NCBI GenBank assembly: GCA_048940925.1
Contig: JBHLOC010000005.1
Coordinates: 16,978 to 80,977 of the forward strand
Direction of reading: 5' to 3'
Length of the DNA: 64,000 nucleotides
Source: Promethearchaeota archaeon
GTDB lineage: Archaea; Asgardarchaeota; Lokiarchaeia; Sigyniarchaeales; SOKP01
Below the pieces are notes generated by a model. The model searched no databases, was not told where the DNA came from, and was given only the letters and a program-made list of their open reading frames with translations. This document shows positions 9,593 through 20,320 of the stretch, piece after piece; the first letter of the stretch is position 1; each line of letters opens with the position of its first letter. The position numbers were made by a program, and so were the translations under genes.

Positions 9593-11104
9593 ATGGGTGA
9601 AGAAATCAAAATAGGAGGATTTTGCGACCCTCAGTTTGAAGAAGTTAAAAAAACTTTTATATCCCATTTTAAAAAAGGTTGGGAGGATGGTGCATCATTT
9701 GCAGTTACAATGAACGGGAAATTCGTCGTGGATTTATGGGCAGGATATGCTGATGAAACTCATACAATACCTTGGGAAAAAAATACAATTGTGTGTGTTT
9801 ACTCAACAACGAAAGTAATGGCTGTGATATGTGGATTGATCTTATCAGATAGGGGGTTACTGGATTTTGAAGCACCCGTTTCAAAATATTGGCCAGAATT
9901 TGCCCAAAATGGAAAGGAAAAAATGCCAGTAAAATACATATTCGCTCATATGTCAGGTCTTGCGGGAATTGAAGAGGTAATTTCTGCAGAGGATTATTAT
10001 GATTGGGAAAAAATAACAAAACTGTTAGCAGAACAAAAACCATGGTGGGAACCAGGAACAAAAGCAGGTTATCATGCAATTACTCATGGTTATCTAATCG
10101 GAGAATTAATCAGGAGGGTTACCGGTAAGTCGCTTGGAACTTTTTTTCGAGAAGAAATTGCGGAACCTTTGAAAGCTGATTTCCATATTGGATTGTTAAA
10201 GGAAGATGATAATCGGGTAGCTGAATTAGTTACAGACCCGCAGCAATCAGGAGGATCTTTCCTTAGAATGTTTCAAGGTATTGCAGATCTTGCTAATAAA
10301 TCTTATATGGTTAAGGAAGAAATCGGAGATTGGGAGAAAAAGTTTCAAATTAAAGCTGGAGGAGAAGATGTTTGTTATTTAAAAACACATAATAGTGAGT
10401 TGTTTTTTGAGGAAGGAAAAGTTCAAAATCCAGATGGCATATTTAGGACACCAAAGAATCGTTCTAATATGATATTCTTATTATTTCCACATATAAAAGA
10501 AACTCCCGAATTTACAACCCGGAATTTACAAATTGAATGTAAACCAGAATATGTTGACAAACTAAAACGAATTTTTAAACACATTATAACTGATGCGATG
10601 AAAAATGGGAGTATTGGAATGAAAATGTACTTGAATGCAATGTCTCTTAGAAAACGAACATCAGATTGGGATTGGAAATCAGCAGAGATACCTGCGATTA
10701 ATGGACATGGTAACGCTCGTTCTACAGCAAAAATAGGCTCCATAATCGCGTGTCAAGGAGAAGTGGATGGAATTAGGTTTTTATCAAAACATACATGTAC
10801 AAATGTACTCATGGAAGAGCAATTTAAAGGAATTGATATTGTAAATGGCGGATTGGAACGTTATGGTATGGGCTTAGGATTAAAAAGCGAAAGAAGGCAA
10901 TTTCCGAATGACACAGTATGCAATTGGGGAGGAACAGGGGGGAGTAGAGTAATTATGGACCAAAAAAATAAAATGTCATTTGCTTATATTATGAATCGAA
11001 TGAGAGTTCAAACACCTGAAGAAACTAAAAAAAATATTATGATTTCAGATACACGTGCCAATAATCTTGCCATAGCAGTCTATAAATCGCTTGGTCAACT
11101 CTAA
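9593..11104 (+). CDS. Serine hydrolase of the beta-lactamase class C / esterase family with an internal insertion
   Basis: YSTTK (SxxK), GYHA, WGGTGGS motifs; about 110 extra aa in the middle. Confidence 0.92.
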   Translation: MGEEIKIGGFCDPQFEEVKKTFISHFKKGWEDGASFAVTMNGKFVVDLWAGYADETHTIPWEKNTIVCVYSTTKVMAVICGLILSDRGLLDFEAPVSKYWPEFAQNGKEKMPVKYIFAHMSGLAGIEEVISAEDYYDWEKITKLLAEQKPWWEPGTKAGYHAITHGYLIGELIRRVTGKSLGTFFREEIAEPLKADFHIGLLKEDDNRVAELVTDPQQSGGSFLRMFQGIADLANKSYMVKEEIGDWEKKFQIKAGGEDVCYLKTHNSELFFEEGKVQNPDGIFRTPKNRSNMIFLLFPHIKETPEFTTRNLQIECKPEYVDKLKRIFKHIITDAMKNGSIGMKMYLNAMSLRKRTSDWDWKSAEIPAINGHGNARSTAKIGSIIACQGEVDGIRFLSKHTCTNVLMEEQFKGIDIVNGGLERYGMGLGLKSERRQFPNDTVCNWGGTGGSRVIMDQKNKMSFAYIMNRMRVQTPEETKKNIMISDTRANNLAIAVYKSLGQL

Positions 11105-11118
11105 TTTTTATGTTTTAT

Positions 11119-12105
11119 TTACCAGAGATGATGAACTGTTTTTTTAATATCTTTTTCATAGATTTCTTGAATTTGAACCATTTGATCATGTGATAATGGC
11201 TCTAAATCTGAAGCTTGAATATTTGATTCAACATGGAATACTTTGCTTGCACCAGGAATGATGCAAGAAACAGCATCAAACATTAAAATCCAACGTAATG
11301 CATATGGAGCAAGATTTTCAGGATTTCCAAAGACTTTCTTTATTTCTTCAACAGCTTTTAATCCTATTTCATAATCCACTCCTGAAAATGTCTCACCTTT
11401 ATCAAATGCTTGTCCATTCCTGTTAAAATATCTATGATCTCCTTCTTTGAATACAGTGTCCTTGGTGAATTTTCCAGTAAGTAACCCACTTGCTAATGGT
11501 ACACGAACGATAATGCCAATATTTTTCTTTTTAGCTTGTTCAAAAAATAATTCGCTTGGTCTTTGCCGAAACATATTAAAAATAATTTGTACAGTTGATA
11601 CATTTGGGAATTCAATAGCTTTTAATGCTTCTTCAACTTTTTCCACACTTACCCCATAATTTTGAATTTTCCCTTCATCTTTTAAGGAATCTAAAATATC
11701 AAAGACCATTGGTCTATAATATACTGCTGTTGGAGGACAATGAAGTTGAAGCAAATCAATTGTCTTAATCTCCATATTCTTTAAACTATCATCAACAAAT
11801 TTTCTAATATTTTTTTCATTATATCCTTCAGTATTATGAGGATCTAAACGTCTGCCACATTTGGTTGCAACATAGACTTTTTCATCAATAGATTTTGAAA
11901 AAATACCACAAAAGTGTTCGCTTTGGCCATCTTTATACACATCAGCAGTGTCAAAAAAATTGATTCCATTTGAAACTGCAATAGATAGTGTATTTTGAGC
12001 TATAGTCTTATCAAATGGTTCACCCCATTTACCTCCTAATTGCCATGTTCCAAGTGAGATCTCTGACACTCTATATCCAGTTTTTCCTAAAACTCTATAT
12101 TTCAT
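11119..12105 (-). CDS. Aldo/keto reductase
   Basis: VSEISLGTW, FFDTADVY, VATKCG, DLLQLH, IPGAS. Confidence 0.95.
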   Translation of the reverse strand: MKYRVLGKTGYRVSEISLGTWQLGGKWGEPFDKTIAQNTLSIAVSNGINFFDTADVYKDGQSEHFCGIFSKSIDEKVYVATKCGRRLDPHNTEGYNEKNIRKFVDDSLKNMEIKTIDLLQLHCPPTAVYYRPMVFDILDSLKDEGKIQNYGVSVEKVEEALKAIEFPNVSTVQIIFNMFRQRPSELFFEQAKKKNIGIIVRVPLASGLLTGKFTKDTVFKEGDHRYFNRNGQAFDKGETFSGVDYEIGLKAVEEIKKVFGNPENLAPYALRWILMFDAVSCIIPGASKVFHVESNIQASDLEPLSHDQMVQIQEIYEKDIKKTVHHLW

Positions 12106-12373
12106 AATATTAACCATTAAAATTTCTTACTTTCTCAAAAAAAAAATCTTTTAACTGAAAATCTTTACTACAATTTGAAAACTTTCACACAAAATACACT
12201 AAGATATGCTAAAATAAATAGTTTGTAACCAAAAATGAATTCTTAAGTAATTAAATTAAATTTTTGAAAACGTCAGATAAGACAATTTTGAATATTTCTT
12301 CATTGGTAGCTACCTTAACTCAAAAATAAATAAAGATCTCCCCTCTTTATATTACACTTCTTATTTAGTAAAA

Positions 12374-12790
12374 TCATGAGACTAAGTCAGATTCTTTAGA
12401 AGTCTTCTTTTTAATATTGTCTAATCTTACAGTTAAATTTGTGGTCTTCATATAATTGGAAAGATCATGCTTAACTTCTTCTTTATTAGTCTTTATTGAG
12501 TGAGCAGCTTTTAATTGTTCCGAAAAATTAGTTAAGGATTCTGTCTTATCATCTGCAGGAAGTTTTTGAATAAATTTATTGGATAAGTCTTTAATAAGTT
12601 TATCTTTGGTTGGATCTGATTTACCATATCTATGACCCATAAAACTGCATTGGACAGCAATTTCGTTATCTGATTCATAATATCCACACCTACGGCAAAA
12701 TAAATCTTGTAAATAAAGATTTGTTTTTGGACACAAGACTAAGTCAATTCCTATTTTATCTGGTCTAATCGGTATTTTTTTAATGTTCAT
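12374..12790 (-). CDS. Hypothetical protein with an N-terminal Cys cluster
   Basis: CP..CRRC..C pattern; ATG after GGGGG. Confidence 0.65.
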   Translation of the reverse strand: MNIKKIPIRPDKIGIDLVLCPKTNLYLQDLFCRRCGYYESDNEIAVQCSFMGHRYGKSDPTKDKLIKDLSNKFIQKLPADDKTESLTNFSEQLKAAHSIKTNKEEVKHDLSNYMKTTNLTVRLDNIKKKTSKESDLVS

Positions 12791-12847
12791 ATAATCCCCC
12801 TTTCTCAACTAAATTTTAAAGAACATATGAGGTTATTAATTATTAGA

Positions 12848-12871
12848 TTATTACTTTCGATAAAGTAATAA
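12848..12871. promoter_or_regulatory. Perfect 10-4-10 inverted repeat between divergent genes
   Basis: TTATTACTTT-CGAT-AAAGTAATAA. Confidence 0.55.
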
Positions 12872-12995
12872 AAATCTGATATTAAAAATTTATTTTATTT
12901 AAATTTACTCTTAATTTTTAATTCCTTATTAAGTAGTATTAGGCAAAATTATAAATATGTAAAGGAATATTCAATACCCATAGAAATCATAATGA

Positions 12996-13706
12996 AGGGT
13001 ATGGATTCAAATTTCAGAATATCTAACATTAGCATTATCAATTGAATATATAATTATCATTCATAGAGAATCGAAAGAGATTATTTATTATAAGACAGCA
13101 GGAGATTTTGATCCAGATTTCCTTGATATTTTTCGAAGTTCAATTCAATATGAGCTGTTAGATTTACCCTTAGAAGAAGGAGGATTTGAACAAGCAACTC
13201 TTGAAGGTAAATATTTGATAACCAGGGTGGGTAAAAAAATTTGGGTTACATTAGTGACCAATGAAAGACCAGTTATATTATCAAGGGAAGCATTAACATC
13301 CTTTTCTGATAGATTTGAGAGACTATATAAGCAAGAGCTTCAAGATTTATATACAAAGCAAAAGGGAGATATATCAATTTTTCGGCGAAAATCATTTTAT
13401 AAAGTGAGTGTGGATATGATTGCGGATGATGAATTACACTTAAAACTTACTTTACCATATAAGTTGGGTTCCGCTAAAGGAAGGAAAATTTCTTCAAGTG
13501 GAAAACAAATATATCAAATTGCAAAGGATATTGCTCATAAAAATAAAGGGCGTGTTTTTCTTAGAACTGTCCTTATTATAGCGAATGATTCTTTAGAATT
13601 GGAAATTACAAAGATTGCCGATTTAATCTTTGATTTTGTCCAAAGGGAATTACTTGTACCTATGCCTTTAGAAGAGTTAAAAAAGAAATTTACCATACAC
13701 AATTAA
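12996..13706 (+). CDS. Longin-like domain plus C-terminal winged-helix-like protein; start unresolved
   Basis: Frame is open from 12996 (..SIEYIIIIHRESKEIIYYK..), well upstream of the first canonical start (TTG 13215). Confidence 0.6.
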   Translation, partial: RVWIQISEYLTLALSIEYIIIIHRESKEIIYYKTAGDFDPDFLDIFRSSIQYELLDLPLEEGGFEQATLEGKYLITRVGKKIWVTLVTNERPVILSREALTSFSDRFERLYKQELQDLYTKQKGDISIFRRKSFYKVSVDMIADDELHLKLTLPYKLGSAKGRKISSSGKQIYQIAKDIAHKNKGRVFLRTVLIIANDSLELEITKIADLIFDFVQRELLVPMPLEELKKKFTIHN

Positions 13707-13815
13707 TTTAAAACTTTTATTATTTCTTTTTGAAGTAAAGGGAAAATAGTATAAAAATTAATAGTATTATAATTTTTAATTAAATATTCTTCTTTAAAGA
13801 AAGAGAGATCTAGAT

Positions 13816-15084
13816 ATGGACTTAATAGAAATTGTTGGACTTAATAAAAATCATGCTAAGAAATTAGAAAAAGAAGGAATCCTTAGTGTTGAGGATCTTT
13901 TACCACTTACTAAAAGTCAAATAAAGAAGTTAGCAAAAAAATGTGGAATTCCCACTAATTTAATTGATACCTGGCAAGAACATGCTGATTTATTACAAAT
14001 TCAAGGCATGAATCCAGAAATCGCTAATGCGTTGAATATCATAGGTGTAGATTCAGTAAAAGAATTTGCTCATAGAAACGCTAAAAGTACGTTTGAAAGA
14101 TTAAAGCAATTAAAAAATGAAAATCCTGATGTACTTTCCAAAGAACCTTCTCAAAAGGATGTAGAAAATTGGATTAAAGATGCAAAAAGTCTTTCTGGAG
14201 CCCCAACAAAAAAACCAGTTAAAAAAGAAAAAGAAACTCCACAACCTGTCACTCCTGTTGAATATGTGCCAATTGAAGTATTTAGAGGTGATTATGGAGA
14301 TTATGGTCCAGATTATTGGAATAACAAATGGGAAAAAGCACCAATAATTTATACAGGAAGAGCATTACGTGGAGAATCGTATAATAAAGAAATAGACGTA
14401 GATGTTAAGTCATTTATTAAAAAAAATGATGCTATTCTATGGCATGTTATTAATCATGTTGGTTTAAGGAGAGATACTGCTAATGAGACAGCCTTTGCAA
14501 TCCAAAACTTCGTCTGCAATTTTCTGAAATATAAATATGATGAGATTACATCTGATTGTCCCGAATTCTGGCAGTTTCCATTTGAATCCGTTCAATCTGA
14601 AATTGGTGACTGCGAAGATGGGGCAATTTTAATAGCTTCTTTGCTAATTAATGCAGGAATACCATCATTTCGCGTAAAAGTGTGTGCTGCTCAAGTTTTT
14701 GCTGATCCTGTTGTAGTTCCTTCAGATGAAGAATTAGGAGGACATGCTTATTGTATATATCTTGCGGATAGACCTGATTCTGACAGAAAACTCGAATGGG
14801 TTATTTTAGATTGGTGTTATTTGCAAGATCCTGAAGTTAAAATCGAAGAAAAACCCTTAGCGAGGAATGGAGGTCAAGAAGGAGCATATAAAAATATTTG
14901 GTTCACTTTTAATGATGAATATAGTTGGTCGCAGAGTGCTTTTGAAATTAAAGAAGGAAGAATAAGCCAAAATAGAAAAACCAAGCAAGAGGATGTTTTA
15001 GCTCCATTAGAAGATGTCTTAAAGCATTTAGCAGGAGAGGAGCTTAAGAAGATCTTCAAGAAATTTAATATCGAAATGGAATAA
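13816..15084 (+). CDS. DUF4332-like (helix-hairpin-helix) domain fused to a transglutaminase-like cysteine protease domain
   Basis: N-terminal IVGL..HAKKLEKEGI and WQEHADLLQIQG; C-terminal GDCEDGAIL, GHAY, VILD triad. Confidence 0.8.
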   Translation: MDLIEIVGLNKNHAKKLEKEGILSVEDLLPLTKSQIKKLAKKCGIPTNLIDTWQEHADLLQIQGMNPEIANALNIIGVDSVKEFAHRNAKSTFERLKQLKNENPDVLSKEPSQKDVENWIKDAKSLSGAPTKKPVKKEKETPQPVTPVEYVPIEVFRGDYGDYGPDYWNNKWEKAPIIYTGRALRGESYNKEIDVDVKSFIKKNDAILWHVINHVGLRRDTANETAFAIQNFVCNFLKYKYDEITSDCPEFWQFPFESVQSEIGDCEDGAILIASLLINAGIPSFRVKVCAAQVFADPVVVPSDEELGGHAYCIYLADRPDSDRKLEWVILDWCYLQDPEVKIEEKPLARNGGQEGAYKNIWFTFNDEYSWSQSAFEIKEGRISQNRKTKQEDVLAPLEDVLKHLAGEELKKIFKKFNIEME

Positions 15085-15323
15085 GCACTGAAATTACAAA
15101 TTAATATTTTTCTTCGTTATTCTAAATTCTAAGATCATATTTTTTTTCAATATGTAGAACAAGGTTCTTGGAATTCTTTAAATCCAGTTATGTTTTTAAA
15201 ATAATACTAATTATATTAGGAATTATAAAATCAATCAAGATGATTATTAGTAGCAAAAACTATAAATAGTAATTAGTGCAACTTATTCAAAGCGCAACCA
15301 CCAATTCAGACATAAGTAAAAAT

Positions 15324-15980
15324 ATGTCAACATTATCAGAATATCTCGATAGGCTTGAGGAATGGGACCATCGAACTTTTTTAAGTATATATAAAAGTGA
15401 TTTTAGCAAAAGGACTAAGAAATTTGCTATTCTTTTCAGTTTCTTTGGTTCTTTATATTTTTGGGGACTGGTTTGGTTGATATGGTTTGTTTATGGATAT
15501 TTCACCAAAGACTACTACCTTTTGGTACTGTTTACTGGAGGTTTCGAACAAAGTATTATTATTCATAGTATTGTTCGTTATAAAATAATAAAAAGAAATC
15601 GTCCTTTTATCACACTTCAAAATGAAGGTGTAAAGAAACATGATGATCTTATAAGAATTCCATACTTGATGAAAGAATCAGATAAGCAATCTTTTCCTTC
15701 TGGACATGTAACGTTTTTGTTATTCTTTGGATTTATTTTTGCTTTTTATTTTTCTACCTTTTTCTGGCATATCTTATTTACGTTTATCATATTGGATATT
15801 ATTATGGCAATTTCAAGACTAATACTGGGGGTACATTTTCCTATAGATGTCATATTCGGATTTATATTTGGGGTTTTATACGCTCTTTTATATCTTAGTA
15901 TTACTTATATTTTTTGGATAAAGTTTTATTATTGGATTGGACCTATTTTTTCAGAGTTATTTCATTTTTGGTTAAAATAA
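15324..15980 (+). CDS. PAP2-family membrane phosphatase
   Basis: KRNRP, SFPSGH, SRLILGVHFPIDV. Confidence 0.93.
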   Translation: MSTLSEYLDRLEEWDHRTFLSIYKSDFSKRTKKFAILFSFFGSLYFWGLVWLIWFVYGYFTKDYYLLVLFTGGFEQSIIIHSIVRYKIIKRNRPFITLQNEGVKKHDDLIRIPYLMKESDKQSFPSGHVTFLLFFGFIFAFYFSTFFWHILFTFIILDIIMAISRLILGVHFPIDVIFGFIFGVLYALLYLSITYIFWIKFYYWIGPIFSELFHFWLK

Positions 15981-16001
15981 AATAATTTAGAAAATTCTTA
16001 A

Positions 16002-16706
16002 TTAAGAATTTTTCAATTTCCTTAAATCCGATGAAAAAAAAGTATCACCATAATGATTATATAATGCGGCTGCTGGATCATGGGGATGTGACCTATCTTT
16101 AGCAATTAATGTGGTAACTGGAGCTTCTGAAAGATTTGTAAATGTAATATCATGTCCTACGCATAATCCAATAATAATATTTAATTCTGTGTTCGCTTTG
16201 TTCAATAATAATGCTTGAGCAACAGGATTGCAACTAACAAGACCTATAGGATATCCTGTTTTTGAGAACATTGTAAATTCTTTCGGTACACCTACATCAA
16301 CTTTTTTTATTGAACCTGTTTTACAACAAACTGAGCAAACTTCAAAGCCGTATTTATATAAATATTCTGCTACTTTATTAGCTTCTTTCCTTAACCCTAT
16401 ACAAAAGGCTAAACCTAGCTTTTGATATCCCATTCTTTTCGCATATTCTATAGTATCTTTCAAGCGTGGCCAATGAATATATCCTTCAGCTTCTACGATA
16501 GATGCAGCGTTTGTACATTTTTTAATGAAATTATCATTTTTATATAATTCAAAAGCATTTTTCTGAATTTCAGGAGAATTTATCATTGGACAACGCCCTA
16601 AATCTTTATTTGCCTTTCCAATTGTGCAAAAATTAATACCATTACATTTATGGCAGGTTGGATTTATCTTATCATTTTTTTCCAAACTTTTATTTTTAGA
16701 TGTCAT
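16002..16706 (-). CDS. DUF1847-family metal-binding protein
   Basis: LGLAFCIGL, SVCCK, CNPVAQA, GLCVGHD. Confidence 0.9.
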   Translation of the reverse strand: MTSKNKSLEKNDKINPTCHKCNGINFCTIGKANKDLGRCPMINSPEIQKNAFELYKNDNFIKKCTNAASIVEAEGYIHWPRLKDTIEYAKRMGYQKLGLAFCIGLRKEANKVAEYLYKYGFEVCSVCCKTGSIKKVDVGVPKEFTMFSKTGYPIGLVSCNPVAQALLLNKANTELNIIIGLCVGHDITFTNLSEAPVTTLIAKDRSHPHDPAAALYNHYGDTFFSSDLRKLKNS

Positions 16707-16869
16707 TTTTAACTTTAAGTTAATCTTAGAAAGAGATTAATTTGATATTTAGTATAAAGGGAATTAAAATAAAATATTAATTAATTTTTAAGCTCTAATT
16801 AAGTATATCTAATAATTTTTCAAATTGATAAGAAACATTAAAATTAGGAAAATTACTCTCTTTTTTACT

Positions 16870-18321
16870 ATGGAATCAAATATTAATTCAGGGGATGCAG
16901 AAGAAAAAACTGGATTCTTAATACTTATAAAACGACTTTGGCCTCATTTTCTCATTTATAATTCATATGCATTTACAATTTCTACATTATTTATTAATAT
17001 CGTTATAGTTTCGGGTATTATGTGGCCCGGTGATACCTTTGCAGATCACGCCGGTGAGTTAGGTATTTTGACAGGAACTTCAATTTATATTATTGCTTTT
17101 TCAGGAATATTATTTGGTGTATTAGCTGATAAATTTTCTCGAACAAAATTGATGGCGATTGTAGAGATGACTTATGGAATTGGTCTATTCTTTAATAGTT
17201 TCGTAACTGAAGGTAAAGGGCAAACAACTTTTATGTTTTTTTTAATATTTAGCTTAGTTAGAGGATTTTCGATCGGAGGTTTTTGGCCGCTTATTACTTC
17301 GCATGTTAACGACTCTACAGAAAGTAAAGAGAGATCTCAATTTTTTGGTGCTATACAAGCATTATTTCAGCTATTTCAAATTATTGGGATGGTAGTTTCT
17401 GCCTTTTCATTTCAAAATAATTATTGGAAACAATTTTTTTTAATAGTAGGTATAGTAGCATTAATTTTTGGGATCATTATATTTTTAAGAGGAAAAGAGC
17501 CAAAACGAGGTGCTGCGCGCGAAGAATTAAAAGATATTCTTTCAAGTGAAGATACTGTTTATGAATATCAATTGACGAAAGAAACCATAAAGTCTACGAT
17601 CATAACTCCCACTAATTTAATTGCTTTTTTTGAAGGTATCTTTACAACTATTTTATTAGGTGTCCCTGATTTTCTACTTGTAGCATACTTACAATCGCCT
17701 CCTTATAATTTATCTTCACTCGTAACTGCATTATTCATGATAATCTTTGGACTACCCGGAGGTGTAATTGGTTCAATAGCTTTTGCCAAATTATCTGATC
17801 GATTAGGCAAGAGAAATATCAAGAATAGAATATATATGATAGTAATTTCAATTATAGGCTTATCAATTGCTTATATTGTTATTTTCAATCTATCTATTCC
17901 GAATATGACTATTGCAGAGGGAAATAATTTAATATTTATTTTGTCAATTCCAATCTTATGGATATTTGGATTAATCGCATTTATAGCACGTTCAATCGTA
18001 GGTCTTTGGAATATAAATCAACCACCTATTTTACAGGAAATAAATTTACCTGAGGCCCAAGGGAAAATTAACTCTGCTAATCAATTTTTAGAGGGAATAG
18101 GAAGCGGTTCGGGACCAATAATTGCGGGGTTTATATTGATGGCTTTTAATCAAAATTTCCAAATTACAGTTTTTATAACTATGATGTTAGGAATTATAGG
18201 TGGTTTATTATGGTTACTTGCTACAATATGGGTAAATAATGATGCTAATCGCATTTCTTCAATTTTAAAACAAAGAGGAATAGAATTAAGTAATCGAACA
18301 GGTTCAAATAAAAAAGAATAG
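16870..18321 (+). CDS. MFS transporter
   Basis: GVLADKFSR motif A; about 12 TM helices. Confidence 0.9.
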   Translation: MESNINSGDAEEKTGFLILIKRLWPHFLIYNSYAFTISTLFINIVIVSGIMWPGDTFADHAGELGILTGTSIYIIAFSGILFGVLADKFSRTKLMAIVEMTYGIGLFFNSFVTEGKGQTTFMFFLIFSLVRGFSIGGFWPLITSHVNDSTESKERSQFFGAIQALFQLFQIIGMVVSAFSFQNNYWKQFFLIVGIVALIFGIIIFLRGKEPKRGAAREELKDILSSEDTVYEYQLTKETIKSTIITPTNLIAFFEGIFTTILLGVPDFLLVAYLQSPPYNLSSLVTALFMIIFGLPGGVIGSIAFAKLSDRLGKRNIKNRIYMIVISIIGLSIAYIVIFNLSIPNMTIAEGNNLIFILSIPILWIFGLIAFIARSIVGLWNINQPPILQEINLPEAQGKINSANQFLEGIGSGSGPIIAGFILMAFNQNFQITVFITMMLGIIGGLLWLLATIWVNNDANRISSILKQRGIELSNRTGSNKKE

Positions 18322-18380
18322 GATTATCTATAATTTCAAAATTCTTTTTTTTTATGTTTTTTTTTTATTCAATTAATATT

Positions 18381-19703
18381 ATGCGTTTAGACTTGAGAAG
18401 AGTTAAAAGAGAATATATTCCCGATAGTCATAAATTTACATCAGATTTTAACTCTGTAATCTTTATTGTTGTCTGGAATTCTTTAGGGTTTTTTTTCGTG
18501 GATTTTATTATGACATATATAATAAGTCAGGTTTTAGGTGGATCAGGAGTCGCAATCGGTCTTTTTCCTGCATTTTTAACTATTGGAGGACTGATTAGCT
18601 CTTCTTTTATAGGATATTTAACGGATCGTTATTCTAAAAAAATACTTGTAATGATTGGAGCCTTTGTCCGTGGATTGTCCTATTTTGGGTTATATACATC
18701 AATACTAATACAATCTTTAGTAGGAATGTATTGTAGTGCGTTTCTCTTAGGATTTGGAGCATATATTTTTTGGAATCCGTTAGATACTATTATATCAGAA
18801 AAATCATCAAAATATCATCGTTCTTCTGCATTTGGGAAGAGGAGATTCGCGTTGGGAATAGGAATGGTACTCGGTACAATTGTTGGTTTTACTATTTTTA
18901 GTTTAACAAATATTTTTATGCCTGATAATGCCTTCCTCATCTTTAGTGCGATTCCTATATTTGGGATGGCCAATTTTTATGCAGGAATTCAATTTTCTCG
19001 AAAAGTTGATGAAAACAAAAAGTTTCAATATCCTAATAATTCTATTGAGGGAACAATTGAAAAACTCGAATCTGAATTCAATGATATTAAAAATCCAGAA
19101 AAAACGGTTCACTTCTATTTATTAGGAATAATTTTATTATTTTTGGCATTATTCTTGGGTGCAACTAATGCAGGCGTTTATAGACCTTTTATATTACCTT
19201 TAATCTTCCTCAATATAAGCAGTAATCCAAGTTTGGTATCATGGTTTTTCCTTCCAACTTCAATAATTGGAACGATAATTGCACCAAAGTTAGGTACTAT
19301 TGCCGACAAAATTAATCCTTATCTAGGGCTATCAATAGCGAGTACAATAGGAGGATTTGTCACTTTCTTAATTATTATATGTAAGGATTTATGGTTTTTC
19401 GCCTTTTTATTAATAATTGATAACACTATTATGCTTACCACTGGATTTATAATGATTAATTTCATTAGTCGTGTGTCGATTAAACATCGCGGGAAATTAT
19501 TTGGTTTAATTTCTGCTTTTGAATCTACTGGTATGATAATAGGGCCTTTCTTAGGGGGTATTGTATGGGACACAGTTAGTCCACAAACTCCTTTTATAAT
19601 TTCAATAATAGTTGAATGGTCTTTAATCCCATTTTTTCTTTTAGGAATATATATTCTCAATCCCTACATAATGGAAACAATTGATAAAATAAAAGGTAAA
19701 TAG
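18381..19703 (+). CDS. MFS transporter
   Basis: GYLTDRYSKK and GTIADKI motifs; about 12 TM helices; start approximate. Confidence 0.9.
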   Translation: MRLDLRRVKREYIPDSHKFTSDFNSVIFIVVWNSLGFFFVDFIMTYIISQVLGGSGVAIGLFPAFLTIGGLISSSFIGYLTDRYSKKILVMIGAFVRGLSYFGLYTSILIQSLVGMYCSAFLLGFGAYIFWNPLDTIISEKSSKYHRSSAFGKRRFALGIGMVLGTIVGFTIFSLTNIFMPDNAFLIFSAIPIFGMANFYAGIQFSRKVDENKKFQYPNNSIEGTIEKLESEFNDIKNPEKTVHFYLLGIILLFLALFLGATNAGVYRPFILPLIFLNISSNPSLVSWFFLPTSIIGTIIAPKLGTIADKINPYLGLSIASTIGGFVTFLIIICKDLWFFAFLLIIDNTIMLTTGFIMINFISRVSIKHRGKLFGLISAFESTGMIIGPFLGGIVWDTVSPQTPFIISIIVEWSLIPFFLLGIYILNPYIMETIDKIKGK

Positions 19704-19725
19704 AAAATATAGTTTCAAACTAAAG

Positions 19726-20256
19726 TTAATACCAATCAATAAATTCATCTAGCGAGCGACGTTGTCTTTCACGTGGCTTTTCTCGAGCTTCATCAACTAA
19801 TCCTATTGCTATAACTCCCATAAGTTCAAATTTGTCAGTTGGGAATTTAAATATTTCATTAACTTGATCTTTTTTATTCAAAATTTCACCAATCCAAGCT
19901 GCTCCAAGACCTTCCATAGCATGGACCCCTAAAAGTAGATTCTGCATAAATGCGCCAATTGCTTGAATATCTTTTACTCTATCATAACCTCTTTCAAGAT
20001 CTAAAAATATTACCAGATTTACATAGGCATCTTCAATAACTCCCCCATATGTAGTGAGTTCTGAAATCATTCGTTTAACAGTTGGATGAGTAACTATACA
20101 AACACGCCATGGTTGACTATTTTGTCCAGAAGGTGCCCAGCGCCCACACTCTATAACCGAAAGTATAGTTTCCTTGCTGATTTTCTTATAAACAAAACTT
20201 CTAACGCTTCTCCGTGATTTTATAAACTCTATAAACTCATTCTTAACTAGTTCCAT
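19726..20256 (-). CDS. Nitroreductase-family protein
   Basis: IKSRRSVRSF, WAPSGQNSQPW. Confidence 0.95.
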   Translation of the reverse strand: MELVKNEFIEFIKSRRSVRSFVYKKISKETILSVIECGRWAPSGQNSQPWRVCIVTHPTVKRMISELTTYGGVIEDAYVNLVIFLDLERGYDRVKDIQAIGAFMQNLLLGVHAMEGLGAAWIGEILNKKDQVNEIFKFPTDKFELMGVIAIGLVDEAREKPRERQRRSLDEFIDWY

Positions 20257-20320
20257 ATTTTAAACATAGTTCTTTTTATAATATAAATTTATAATTTCTC
20301 AATTACAAATTCTCAGACTT

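Noticed and set aside
13010-13040. A second 31-nt intron (removal would give MDSIEYIIIIH)
   Set aside because: The flanks can pair (ATTCAA/TTGAAT), but no central helix or bulge geometry yields this excision; probably coincidence.
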